The translations under genes were made by a program, and so were the position numbers. Source: Octopus sinensis (lineage: Eukaryota). Taken from it: a stretch of DNA of 64,000 nt. Below, piece after piece: positions 13,452-27,062 of this stretch. Under the pieces are notes generated by a model that saw only the letters and a program-made list of their open reading frames with translations, did not search any database and was not told where the DNA came from. Where the stretch lies: the NCBI RefSeq assembly GCF_006345805.1, contig NC_043005.1, positions 58,094,001 to 58,158,000 on the forward strand, written 5' to 3'. Within the stretch, counting starts at the first letter, position 1. Each line of letters starts with the position of its first letter.

Positions 13452-13538
<87 letters not shown>

Positions 13539-13586
13539 CCAACTTTTAGATTTGATTCTTCAAAATTTCAAACATAGCTAACATAC

Positions 13587-13643
13587 CTTTGTGTTCAATA
13601 AATTTTATCAGCCTCTTCACATAACGAAGACCATCATCGCTCA
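13587..13643 (-). CDS. RhoGAP domain exon 1 (SDDGLRYVKRLIKFIEHK; 57 nt, phase 1->1)
   Basis: Acceptor ctatttcattatttcag|TG and donor AAAG|gtatgt. Resembles the first GAP helix of GRAF/oligophrenin-1 (L..xGf.fvrkcI..iEtkG). Confidence 0.9.
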
Positions 13644-13886
13644 CTGAAATAATGAAATAGTTATAACAATAATTAAAAGTAGAGACCAGTTAACAGCAAC
13701 GACAAAAGTTCATTGAACTCATTTGAATAAGTTCCTCATTTCACAACAATATTCTTTTAAAATGGAATGGATAGAGTCATAAATTTGTCAGCTTCAGCAT
13801 TTGAGAGATATCAGAGAATTCTAAACAAATGTAGTTTTGTAGAGATAGGAGAGAATAATGAGCTTAGTATAAGATGGAAGAATGAG

Positions 13887-13932
<46 letters not shown>

Positions 13933-14350
13933 TTCATTTCCTTTACTATTTACTTGTCTCAGTCACTGGATAATGCCCATGCTGGGGCACTGCCTTAAAA
14001 GGTTTAGTCAAACAAATTGACTCCAGTACTTATTTATGAACTCTTGTACTTATTCTATCAGTCTCTTTTGCCAAATTGCTCGGTTACAGGGATGTAAATA
14101 AACCAAAATTGATTGTCAAGCAGTATGTTTGTATGTATGGCAAACTCTGACACATCAAAATCAGACTAAAAATGTTTTTGGCATTATTTATTCCCCATTA
14201 CATGTTTCATTTGCTTATAAGGGTAATGGTATAGTGTGGGTTTGTATTGTTTGCAAGGCACTAAGGGTTGGAACATAATACCTGCGATAGTTGAGGGATT
14301 ACTCTGTGTGTGTGTGTGTGTGTGTGTATGTATATGCATATAAATATATA

Positions 14351-14394
<44 letters not shown>

Positions 14395-14468
14395 TGTAAA
14401 CATACATATACTATGTATATATGCATATACATATATACACATATAAAAAAAAATCATATACACAAGTC

Positions 14469-14500
<32 letters not shown>

Positions 14501-14519
14501 ATAGATGTGTTGTTAGTGA

Positions 14520-14830
14520 AGGCACCCAGTTTTGTGGTTAGGGTATTTAGCTAATGATTGTCAGATTTTGAGTTTGATACCTGGCCACATGTTGTGTCCT
14601 TGAGCAAGACCCTTTATTTCATGTTACTCCAGTCTACTCAGCTAGCAAAAGTGAGTGGTAACTGTATTTCAAAGGGCCAGCTTTGTCACATTCTGTGTCA
14701 TGCTGAGAGCTACATTAAGGATACACATGTCTGTGAAGTGCTCAGCCACATGTACGTTAATTTCAAAAGCAGGTTGTTCAGTTGATTGGATCAACTGGAA
14801 CCCTCATCATGGTAACTGATGGAGTGCCAA
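14520..14830 (+). mobile_element. tRNA-derived SINE family D; other copies at about 40800-41000(-), 44290-44770(-), 52465-52780(-) and 59625-59930(-)
   Basis: gtggttaggg...gagtttgatacc head followed by gtgtccttgagcaagac...ctccagtctactcagct; dispersed homologues. Confidence 0.75.
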
Positions 14831-17800
14831 TCTTTTCTGTTTTTATAGATGCGATGTTTATATATCATCATCATCATCATTTAATGTCTGTTTTCCATGC
14901 TGATATGGGCTGGACAGTTTGACATGAGCTGACCAGATGAAGAGTTGGTCAGGCTTCCTGTTTGTTTTTGCATGGCTTCTATGGTTGGATAGCCTTCCTA
15001 ATGCCAACTATTTTACAGAGTGTTTTGGATGCTTCTACTCAGCACCAGCATGGGTGCTTTTTACATGGCATCACCATCAACAAGCCCACAAGATTAGAAA
15101 TGCTCAGCTGGAGAGGGTTACAGGGGATGAGCCTGTATGCAAAAGCAGCCACACATTTATTTAGCTTGACATGTCTTTTCAAGCACAGCAAACTGCCAAG
15201 AGTCTTGGTCCCCTGTCATCTGCTCTGTGAGTCCCAATGCTTGTAGATCCTTTCTCATCACTTCATCCCACGCCTTCCTGGGTCTACCCCTTCCACGTGT
15301 TCCTTCTGCAATTAGAGATGTGTAAATGTATAAACACAAAACCTGAGTATGGTTATTTCATGTTTATATTCCTTGTAATCAATGTACCCTGTAGCCAACC
15401 CCTTACAAAAAAAGACAAACCTCCAGACTAAAATATTTCCAACATCAAAAACAGGTGAGTATTGGTGGCAAGAAAGACATTCAGCCATTAAACACTGCTA
15501 CAAATATGTCTCCATCCAACCCATACCAGCATGGAATGAACGAGTGGTGTATTTATTATCATTTTACATTTGTTTTCTCCATGCTGCTATGGGCTGAACA
15601 AGTCTCTTCCTTCTAATTCTTCATCATCTGGTATGAATGGATAACAGAGAAAAATCAGTAATCTTTATCACTGGGAAGATCACATTTTTTTAATTTTATG
15701 CCTTTATTGCATAAAGAAAAATTAATAATAATAAAAAAAAATTATTATTATTAATTTTTCTTTTTACAGCTGGATTTCTAGCAGATAAAATGGTCACGGA
15801 GGGGCCTTCTTCCTCAGTTCAATATTTTAAAAGAAGCTATGGATTCTGACGAGAAGAGAATTGATCACAATAAATCTAGTTACAGATAATACACAAAGAT
15901 AATTTCATTGTCACCACAAAAACTGAAGTATCTATGTTCTACTTTATTTCTCTTATCGGGAAGGAGAATCAGCCTTTAAGAAAATATCAAGAATATATAA
16001 TCAGAAAAATCTTAAAATCTACAGACAATTCATATCAGTACTCAAAAAAGTAAATATATGTGTGTGTGTGTTTATATATATTATTGCTTTCTGTTCTTTG
16101 TCTAGTCTAGACTAGAATATAAATTATATTGCTTCACAAATCTTTAGCATTATCTAGCTTATCTCTTTCACACTCAGGCATATTCCAGAAAGTAATATTG
16201 CGTATTTTCAGCAATTAAATTTTTCAGAATATAAAAGCTTGCTGCTGATATTCTTGGTTTATATTCTTGGTAAATATGAAAACAGAAATAACAATAAGAA
16301 AGATAAAAGCATAAAGATATATATATATATAAAAAAAAAGGCCAACCACATGATATGTAGATTATTTACATCCTGATAGTGTTGTGTCTGATTAACTTGA
16401 CTTTAGCATTTAAACAATCCATGTCCAGTCCATATATTCCACCTGTTTCATGTTCAATCCAGTCATATCCAGCCTGTCACACTTACCTTACAATGCCATT
16501 CGAAAAATAAGTAATCACATCATTGAAATCCTGAAGCTAACAGATAATGCAAGATTAATTCAAAACCATGTGAATAAATAAGTATTACTTTTATCTTTTA
16601 CTTATTTCAGTCATTAGACTGTGGCCATGCTGGGGCACTGCCTTGAAGAATATTTTGCCGAATGAACCAACCCCTATACTTATTTTCTTTTCTAAGTTTG
16701 GTGCTTATTCTATCCGTTTTTTTGGCCAAACCACTAAGTTACGGGGACGTAAACACACCGACACCAGATGTCAAGCTGTGGGGGGGGGGGGCAAACACAA
16801 ACATCATTATCATTGTTTAACATCCGCTCTTCATGCTTGCACGGATTGGATGTCTTGGCAAGAAGCTGTCGACTCCAACTGTCTGTTGTGGCATAGTTTC
16901 TACAGCTGATTGTCTTTCCAAATGCCAACCTATTTCTTTACTACCCACAAGGGGCTAAACAGAGAGAGGACAAACAAGGACAAATGGATTTAGGCGATTA
17001 TATCGACCCCAGTGCATAACTGGTACTTATTTAATTGACCCCGAAAGGATGAAAGGCAAAGTCGACCTCGGCGGAATTTGAACTCAGAACGGCAGAAGAA
17101 ATATGGCTACGCATTTTGCCCAGCGTGCTAACGTTTCTGCCAGCTCGCCAGCCAACCACTTAACGGAGTATGCTGGGTGTATATTTTTACATGCCACCAT
17201 CATGGGTACTTTTTAAGTGGTACCAGCACCTGGAAGGACAAGCCTGTATACATATATATACAACAGAATTCTTTTAGTTTTCATTTACCAAATCCACTCA
17301 CAAGGCTTTGGTCTGGCCAAGGCTATAGTAGAAGACACTTACCCAAAGTGTCATGCAGTGAGACTGAACATGAAACTATGTAGTTGGGAAGTAAACTGCT
17401 TACCACACAACCTCATTTATCAGAGTAATCTGAATGTTAAAGGATTAAACTACTTTTGCTATAACTGATTATTTACTAAACTGTCTGTGACCATCTCTGG
17501 TTCTATCATACAAAATCTCTTGTTTTAATAATTCATACTGAAATTCTCTCATCGCAGTTTTATGTAAGGGTTTTCACTGAATTTGTTATACTAAAAATGG
17601 TTTTTGGAAACATAAGTGATTAGGCCAAATATTTTAATTAGATACTTATAAATTCTTGATTATTTTCAAAGTAAGTTAAAACATATCGATAAAATACTTC
17701 ATTAGAAATAAGGTCACAAACGAGTTAATAATTAAATACAAATGCTATGAAAACCTATTTTACTTTATAAATCCATACTGATTAAAAATTCTTTGTCTGA

Positions 17801-18514
17801 AAGCAAATTAAAAATTTTATTTGCTGAGTTTCACTGGAAGCTACTCATAACCATGGATAATTTCATCAACGAATTATTTTTATCAAAATAAGTGGATCCT
17901 AGACTTTCCTTTTTCTTTGTTATAAGCTAGTTATTGTTGTCAAAAGGGTTTCCTTTCAAAGCGGTCACAATAAGTGGCGTCTACCATATATCCATATGCA
18001 TACATGCATCCATCCATATACATACTATATATATATTTCTTCTATTATTTTACTTGTTTCAGTCATTTGACTGCAGCCATGCTGGAGCACTGCCTTGAAG
18101 GGTTTTAGTTGAATAAATCAACCCAAAGACTTATTTCTTAAGCCTAGTAATTATCGTTACAGGATTGTAGACACACCAACACTGGCTGTCAAGTAGTGAT
18201 AGGGTGGGGACAAACACAGATACAAAGACACACACACAACAAACTTATTTCAGTTTCTCTCTACCAAATCCACTCACAAGGCTTTGGTCAGCTTGGGGCT
18301 ATAGTAGAAGGCACTTGCCCAAGGTGCCATGCAGTAGGACTGAACCTGGAACCATGTGGCTGGGAAGCAAGCTTCTTACCACACAGCCATGCCTGTACCT
18401 GGACACAAATGAAGTGCAGTGGAATAACTAGCAGATTATTAGAGAAAGTAGACCTTGGATAAGGCAGACACACAAAAGCAATAAATATTAGAAGCAGACA
18501 GGAAATAGATTTTC

Positions 18515-19000
18515 TCAAATTCACAGTAAGACCTCAAGAGGTAGCAGATAGCATTAATTAGTAAGGGTGGAGGGTGTGCTGAAAGTATTTTAGTTAAGAG
18601 TGTAAAAGTCCAGAGAGTTATTACCTCTGTTGGTATCAAAAGGTTTTCTCTCTCGGAGTGAAAGGCAGACTGTACGATGCTTGTGTGTGAAGTGCAATGC
18701 CACATGAAGAGCAATGAGACATGGACCTTGAAAGGAGAGGATATGTGAAAACTAGAAAGAGATGAAGCAAGCATGCTTGGTTATATGTGCATGAATAGCG
18801 GAGTGTAAATAATGGAGTGTGAACAGCAGAGCATGAAAAGCAGAGCATGAACAGCAGGGCATGAACAGCAGAGTGTGAACAGCAGAGCATGAACAGCAGA
18901 GCATGAAGAGTAGAGTATAAATGTGTTGAAAGAAAAACTGGGTATAATAGGAATCTGAAGTAGTGTGCAAGAATAGGCATGTATGCAGTTACACAATGAA
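18515..19000 (+). mobile_element. Degenerate RTE-LINE ORF2 fragment containing a 14-bp tandem repeat (gaacagcagagcat, about 18818-18915)
   Basis: Frameshifted RELLPLLVSKGFS..VKGRLYDACV.SAM...ETW motif typical of RTE ORF2 downstream of the RT. Confidence 0.75.
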
Positions 19001-19838
19001 CTAGAAACAACAGCCAACTTTCCCTCAGATTTCATGCTACTGTCTTAAAAAATAACATTGTGTTAGATAATGTAAGCCAAGATGCTCTAGAATAAGTGGG
19101 TTGGTCACCACAGGAATGTCTTTGATCATAAGTCAGTTGTATCAAGGTAGACAGGCCTCAATTTTATTGCCAATTAGAGGCTGATCACAGGAAACCTGTT
19201 TCCAATTTCTGATTGAAACAAATTTACTTCACACACATTGCTAATATCCACAAGAAAAGAAAGGCATGAACATCAGATAATCTCATTTGTTGCCCCTTTA
19301 TTTCCACTTCCCAACATTGCAAGTCTGATCAGCTGAAGTTTTCTCATAACAGAATAAACAGAGAGAGAGAAAATCCTAGTAAATAAAATGAAAACTGAGT
19401 TAAAAAAGAAAAAAAATTTATTGAAATAAAATTTCTAAAAAAAAACTAGTCTAATTATCTTAATTATTAATTGTGGATTTCACAGGATTAACTAATTACT
19501 TTACAAAACAACCAACCAACATACCATCAAAACGGAACTTCCCTCCCCCATCAAAACAAATAAAAAGACAATGCAATCAACAGTGTTTTGCAAAAAGATA
19601 TAAAAAAAAAGAGATGAAGTGATGAGGGGCAAAGATATGTGTTGTTATGAGAACGATACATAATATAAACACAATATCAGAGGCACACACAGATGCATGT
19701 ACACAGGGTGAAGGTGAAGTGTTTGTGAGAAGAAAGCAAGCAGTGGAATATTTAGTAAACAAAAGAGTTTGGAGAAAAAAGACAAGAGATAGAGCAAGAG
19801 GAACAGAGAGAGAGAGAGAAACGAAAAAATGCACAGAG

Positions 19839-19869
<31 letters not shown>

Positions 19870-20139
19870 AAGTTAAGCTTGTGCCATTGTTCTGTTTATC
19901 TTCTAGAGCTCCTCTGCATTGAAAACACAAGAACATCTACAGATGGTTGAGACACACAACAACAACAGCAACAACAGTTGAAACAAATAAAGAAAATTTC
20001 TTTCTTAAACATTATCTTAACAACAACAACACAAACAACGACAACAACAACACAAACAACTAAAATTGATAATAATTATATGGCGATAAGAACAAACAAT
20101 GATCTATACATTGAATGAGTTAATTAGTATTTTGCTTCG

Positions 20140-20350
20140 CAATATGAGGATAACAATGATGATGATGATGATGATGATAAAAACATTAACGATGATAACA
20201 ATATTGATAAAAAATGCTGCGCTGATGATGATGATGATGCTAATAATGATGTCCACAATACTGATGATACCAACAATATTGATGACGATGAAGATTACCA
20301 TAATGGGATGCTACTAAGAATAATAATGATGATGCTGAAAATTATGTTAA
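20140..20350. repeat. Degenerate (GAT/AAT)n tract
   Basis: Visible directly; it explains the poly-M and poly-I ORFs. Confidence 0.85.
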
Positions 20351-21020
20351 TGATTAAAAAAGATTAATAAATGCTGTATAAAATAATCTTGCATTTTTAT
20401 TCTTGCTTAATGTTCATTTTTTTTTTTCAATTTCTTTTTTTCCTTCTATAATCCTTTCATGAAGGAAATTTGTCGATATTTTAAGGTTTGTTGTTTAAAG
20501 CAATAAAATATTGCAATGACAACTACAACAGCTATACAACATGAGATGTTTTTGTCAAATGTACTTTATCGTATTGCTCACAACAACAATAAATAATGAT
20601 AATAATGATAATAATAATAATCCATTCTACGGAAAGCACAAGGCCTGAAATTTGTGGGGGAGGGACTAGTTGATTGCATCAACCCTGATGTTTATCTGGT
20701 ACTTAAGCTATCGACCCCCCACCCAAAAGGGATGAAAGGCAAGGTCAACCTCAGCAGAATTTGAACTCAGAACACGAAGATGGATGAAATACCTATTTCT
20801 TTACTACCCACAAGGCGCTAAACACAGAGAGGACAAACAAGGACAGACAAACGGATTAAGTCGATTATATTGACCCCAGTGCGTAACTGGTACTTATTTA
20901 ATCGACCCCGAAAGGATGAAAGGCAAAGTCAACTTTGGCAGAATTTGAACTCAGTACGTAGCAACAGGCAAAATGTTGCTAACTATTTCATCCAGTGTGT
21001 TAATGATTCTACCAGCTCGC

Positions 21021-21057
<37 letters not shown>

Positions 21058-21404
21058 GTAAAGAGAAAGAATTAGGAATTGAGACTTACATTGTTGACCA
21101 TCAAGAAAAGTGTTATCCTGGATTCTGCAAGAATCCTAAGAAATATTTTTTGCAATTAGAAGAGACTTGTTGTCACCAAACCTTAAGATGATATCCCTGC
21201 TAATTAAATTAACATGTAATAGCTTTGGAATAATAATGATAATAATAATGATAATAATGATAAGCCTTTCAATTTTGTTGGGGTGGGGCTAGCTGATAAC
21301 GACAACCTCAGTTCTCAACTGGTGCTTATTTTATCAACCAAAGAAGAATGAAAAGCAAAATCAACCTCGAAAGAATTTGAACTCAGAATATAGAAACAGA
21401 ATAT

Positions 21405-21890
21405 ACTTAGAGAGGTACCATCCACTCTTGCCATTTTAGCAACTTTCACTCACCTTTCAATAAACTCACTCGAAGATAGCACTTCCCTCTCCACTCTCAA
21501 TTTCCTTTTAAAGTGAAACTTGAAGAATTCAATGAGAGAACTACCAAAGAGGAATGTATCTGTCCTCATGCCTTTCAGCCATGTCCACCAAACAACCTCT
21601 TTTGCCACAGCCACCAGGCAAAGGAAAACTGCCTTGCCTGCCCAATTGAAGGATTTTATCTTGAACTGGTAGCACTGCCAGGCCTAGGACATCTGGAAAT
21701 TATCCATGATAGTTCCCATCTGGAAAATCCTCCAGGAAAGTCTAGCCTGTTCATTCTTATCGGTGCCCAGAGTCTCCACAAGAATGTCACACTTACCCGC
21801 TACTAATCCTCTATAAATTTCAAAAGCAGAACATCCACCAATCCCACTGCCCGACTGGTAGAGGGTTGTGAGTGTCTGACGACATCCTAG
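21405..21890 (-). mobile_element. Degenerate L1/Tx1-like LINE ORF2 C-terminal fragment
   Basis: Minus strand reads ...KAVFLCLVAVAKEVVWWTWLKG...FFKFHFKRKLRVEREVLSSSEF..., resembling the AKxxIWxxR...F..RW tail of L1/Tx1 ORF2. Confidence 0.55.
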
Positions 21891-22779
21891 GTTCCTTTCT
21901 ACTGCAAGCACAAGGCCTGAAATTTTGGGGGAGGGGTAAATCAATCACATTGACTCCAGTATTCAACTAGTACTTAATTTATCGACCCCAAAAGGATGAA
22001 GGCAAAGTCAACTTTGGCAGAATTTGAACTCAGAACATAAAGACGGATGAAATGCCACTAAGCATTTTGCTAATAATTCTGCTGGGTCACTGCCTTATAA
22101 TAATAATAATAATAATGGGTTCAAATTTTATCACAAGGGCAGCTATTTGGAGTGGGGGGATTAATCAATTACATCGACCCCAGTGTTTCATTGGTACTTA
22201 ATTTAATGACCCTGAAAGGGTGAAAGGCAAAGTTGACATCAGAGGAACTAGAACTCACAAAATAGCAGCAGATGAAATACCACTAAGCATTTTGCCTGGC
22301 ATGCTAACAATCCTGCCTTCAATAATAACAACAACAACAAACAACAATAATAACAATTGTTTCTAATTTTGGTATAAGGCCTGCAGTTTTGAAGGGAGGT
22401 GGTAAATTGGTTTCATTGACTCCAGCATTTGGCTGGTACTTTATTTTATCTCCTCTGAAAGGAAGAATGGTAAAAGCCAATCTCGGCAGGATTGGAAGTC
22501 AGAGTGTGAAAAACCAGAATGATTGCTGCAAAGCATTTTCTCCTGACACTTTAATATCATACCACAGTGCCATGCATTGAGAGTGAACCAGAAACACCAC
22601 TTCTGTACACACACACACACTCACTCAGATAATTATTTTGCTGATGTCAAATATCAGACCTGACTGCGTGTGGTCTTGCTTTCATACAGTTTCGGTTTAT
22701 TTTATGGAAACATAAATGGTTTTAAAATATTCACTACAAGAAAAGAAAAAAAAAAAACAAAACAAAAAAATATGCTTAC

Positions 22780-22802
22780 AAAATGTGTTGGCGACAACAA
22801 CT
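22780..22802 (-). CDS. RhoGAP gene microexon (VVVANTF; 23 nt, phase 2->1)
   Basis: Acceptor ctttatcttatcacttgccattag|A and donor TTTT|gtaagc. It restores frame exactly between exons 57596 and 13643 (AT|A = Ile, T|TG = Leu). Confidence 0.65.
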
Positions 22803-23248
22803 CTAATGGCAAGTGATAAGATAAAGCACTGGTGTTAATAATGCGCTGGTGTGTCTCCGGAAATATCATGGGAGTATAGTAAGTGTTGATATAATAAAAA
22901 GCACCTGCTTCATGGTGTAAAGTGATGGATGAGCATCAAACTGTTACAAGAACTATGCTCCTTAAAAAGGGGAAGGAATGTGTGAGGAGAAGCAATATAG
23001 AAGGAGCTTATTATCTCAGAAACAAACAAATGCTGGTGACACAACAAAATCCACCTGAGCCATGCTATAAAGCAGCAATTGGTGATAGAAAAGGCATCAT
23101 CATTGCCATCATTCATCTAACTTTCCATTTTCCATGCTTGCATGGGTTGATCAGAGATTATTGGAGGCAGATTTGTTTTTACAGCCAGATGCAGTTCTTG
23201 TTGCCAACCCTCACCCTGTTTCCAAACAAGGTAATATTTCCCCATGGA

Positions 23249-23504
23249 AGGCGGTGAACTGGCAGAAATGTTAGCATGTTGGGCGAAATGCTTAGCAGTA
23301 TTTCGTCTGTCATTATGTTCTGAGTTCAAATTCTGCTGAGATCGACTTTGCCTTTCATCCGTTTGGGGTCGATAAATTATGTACTAGCCATTTGGGGTCG
23401 ATAAATTAAGTACAATGAATTAAGTACGAGTTGTGTACTGGAGTTGATCTAATTGACTGGTACCCTCTCCAAAAATTTCAGGCTTTGTACCTAGATTAGA
23501 AAAG
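23249..23504 (+). mobile_element. SINE family B copy with a 16-bp TSD inserted into an older repeat
   Basis: aatatttccccatgga at 23233-23248 and 23505-23520. Confidence 0.85.
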
Positions 23505-24639
23505 AATATTTCCCCATGGACAGACATGTCCAAGCAGAATATTAGAAATGAATGACACTGCTTGTACAACTGTGACACAAATACACACACACAAACAGCA
23601 GGCTTCTTTCAGTTTCCATCTACCAAATCCACTCAGGTTTTGGTTGGCCTGAAGCCATAGTAGGAAACACTTGTCCCAGTTACTATACAGTGGGATTGAA
23701 CCTGAAATTATGTGAATGGGAAGCAAATATCTTACCACACAGCCATGTCTGAGCATGCATTTTCAAAATCAATAACAAGAATGGCTGATTTTCTCTTTTG
23801 CTCTGTGTCAGATACTAAAGGACACAAGTGATGAAGTGGTAGGAAACCTGTTCAACCCATGCTGGCACGGCAAAACTGATGTATGGTGACTAAAGATATA
23901 TTAACATTTGCAAACAATGATACTGATAAATAACAAGTAACAACAACAATTAGTAATGAGCCAATGTGGGAGCTTCTATACACTTTCTTGATTTGCTAGG
24001 AATAGCAGCTAAATCACCTTTGAATCAAACTACGAAGTGGTTCTCAGTCTTCATGACATCATCACACATAGGAAACCAAATATAAAATTTACATTCACAT
24101 TTCTTTTATCTCTTACATGTTTCAATCATTAGACTGTGGTCATGCTGAGGCACCTCCTCGAAGAACTTTTAGTTGAATCAACCCCACCTCCAATACTTAT
24201 TCTTTCAATCTCTTTTGCTGAACTACTAAATTATGGGATGTAAATAGACCAACACCGGTTGTCAAGCAGTGGTGGAAGACAAACATGGATGCAAAGACAC
24301 ACACACGCACTTTCGATGGGTTTCTTTCAGATTCCGTCTACCAAATCCACTCACAAGGCTTTGGTCAGTGTGAAGTTATATAGAAGATACTTGCCCCAAG
24401 GTTCCATGCAGTGAGACAGAACCTGGAACCATGTGGTTGAGAAGTAAGCTTCTTAACATGCAGCCACATAGAAAGTTTAAATTATAAAAATCCCATGCTT
24501 TATATTTGAAAAATATATTAAAATAAATGTATAGAAAGTAATTTTTATGACCATTTAAAACAACAAGAATCAAATTGATGAAGAAGTTATTACTTTTCAA
24601 TACATTCTGGAAGATTTGAACATTATTGTTAGTCACTGT

Positions 24640-25080
24640 TGAATATCACCCCTGGAGAACACCTCCTTTCATATGATGTGCATTGACAACACACTTGATT
24701 CTGTGACACAGATCTACTTGAGACCAGTGTTTTTGATCTGATTATGTCTCTTCAAAAACTCTATACTTGGAATGACCAATTTTAAATTCTATTGGATTTT
24801 ACTCATAAGGTATTGGAATATTATATGTGTACCATTCTGCCTAAAAACATGGATCTACAAATGTAATATCCATACATATCTCACATCTATTTTCTTTTAT
24901 TTCCTCCATCTCGCACTCTGTTTTATATCTTATCTAAATTAACTATTTCTTAACCATCCTCTCACACCGTCTCCGATGAAGGGATATAATAAATATCCTG
25001 GAAACAGCTGTAAAACCTAACTATAAATGTTCTAAAATCTATACAGCCTTGGTTTTTTATCTCATTACGAAAAAAAAACT
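24640..25080 (+). mobile_element. Penelope-like remnant ending at a (TA)n tract
   Basis: PGEHLLSYDV resembles the PLE RT motif LVSFDV, followed by a pyrimidine-rich 3' region containing a hammerhead fold. Confidence 0.5.
24969..25016 (+). ncRNA. Minimal type-I hammerhead ribozyme-like motif
   Basis: gtct-CCGATGA-A-GGGATAT-aataa-ATATCCT-G-GAAA-CAGCTG-TA-aaac. Stem II is about 7 bp, helix III is the palindrome CAGCTG, the cleavage triplet is GUA, and the core has a U4C change. Confidence 0.65.
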
Positions 25081-25102
25081 TATATACATAATATATATAC
25101 AT

Positions 25103-25152
<50 letters not shown>

Positions 25153-25162
25153 TATATACATA

Positions 25163-25731
25163 CAGAAATACCTCCGATTACAAAGACCTGCTTTATGAGG
25201 CCCCAGTTTTAGTCTTATTTTATGATAAATATAAAAAGGTTAAAACACAAGATCCAAATCTTGAACAATGTGCAAATATTTCTATCATAACAAATGCTTC
25301 TGCATGTTACCAAGAAATTTATAGAGAGCGAAGCAAAGCTTCTTCTAAGCAAGCAAATCTAGACTTGTTTGTTAAAAAGAAATCTACAAGTCCATCTATG
25401 AGTGCTTGTGAATCGGTGATCATGTCTACAAGTGATGGTGTGCATGAGTCTAGTGCGAGTAAAAGCGATTCAGAAAACAATTATATCAATATTTTTATTA
25501 TAAATGATCTTGACATTCTTTTTACTTTACATTAAGTATTCTTTACATTCTACAATTGTTTTATTGCCATTTATTTACCATTATTATAAATTTTATCGAT
25601 AAGATACTTTTCTGGGAATGAACCATGATTTATAACATTGCTACCGTGGGAAATTATTGCTCTGCTTTATGAGTATTTGCATTACGAGCGGTCTCTGGGA
25701 ACAAATTAACTTGTATATCGAAGCATTATTG
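25163..25731 (+). mobile_element. Internally deleted Tigger/pogo-type DNA transposon
   Basis: Flanked by TA, with imperfect TIRs cagaaatacctccgattaca / tgtatatcgaagcattattg. Internal DPNLEQ...CYQEIYRERSKASSKQANLDLFVKK resembles a Tigger transposase C-terminus. Confidence 0.7.
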
Positions 25732-26790
25732 TATGTATATACAGAGAGAGAGGGGCATAATTGTGTTAAGAAAATTCACTTTTAAATCATATTGTTCTGT
25801 GTTCAGTCCCATTGCATGTTGAAGTGGGACGATTAGTACCTTGTGAGTGGAATGTTCTATATTGAAACTAAGCAGAAACCATTATCATTATACCTGTGTG
25901 TGTGTTCCTGTTTATTCCAGGTTAAAATCTAGTGTTCTCGCTAATGTTTTTGCCTCTTCATGTTCCGTAAATTACTAATTTGAGAAGTAGAAAATACTAG
26001 AATAAGTTCCACGTTGAAATAAGTACTGGGATTACAATCCTTACCGAAAATCCTTGCAAACAGTACTCCAGTATTGGCTGCAGACCAAATGAGAGAAACC
26101 AATGCAAAATATATATTTGCATATAGCACATGCACTGTGCAGCTGTGAGTCTATTTTTGCAATTCTTCGTCTCTTTTTAATTCTATAAACTGAATAACCA
26201 TCTTGTCACTATGAATGGTAGTGAGCGCACATAGAAAAACATATTGTAAGGAAATATTTCGATAGCTTTTTATTGCTGATTGATACTCCTCTCATAAACT
26301 ACTTCCTTTTCTCTCACCACCTTCCAGTCCATTTCCTTCCATTCACATATACATCAAACTCAGACATGAAGACACCATTTTTTTTTTAATGGTGTTTTTT
26401 TATGGCAGTTGGCTTTTTGCCTTTTTTTCTTTCTTTTACACACTAGGAAAGTTAAAAATTTAAATTAAAAATAGTAATAAAAAATAAAACATCATAAAAG
26501 TAAAGAAATTTACACATAAGATTTTTAAAAAATCCAAATAAATGTCAACAATTGGTTAAGCACATTAAATCAGAACTTGCTAATTTGCTTACTCTATTTT
26601 TACTTTGAGAAATTTTTCGAAAAAATGCTATTATTTCTTTTTATATTTTTTCCTTTAAAACTAAAAAGTGTTTTTCCTGTAATGTGTGTGTGTGTGTGTG
26701 CGCATATATATAGATATATATATATTAATATTAATGTTCATGCCTCTCCGTTTTTTCCCCTAATGAAATGCAAGTTGCTGCAATTTTGAA

Positions 26791-26841
<51 letters not shown>

Positions 26842-26964
26842 TGCATGTATACATGTATGTGTGCATGTGTTTGTAAACTTTTAGAAGATTTTACTAAGTG
26901 AATAGAAAACTTAAATATTTAATCTTTGTCTGGGAAACTATAATCTGCACAGATTCAAAGAAAT

Positions 26965-27062
26965 TATTATTATTGTTAATAATAATAATAATGGTAATAA
27001 TAATAATGGTAATAACAATAATGGTAATAACAATAATAATAATAATAATGATAATAATAATA
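26965..27062. repeat. (AAT)n-derived microsatellite
   Basis: Visible directly. Confidence 0.9.
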
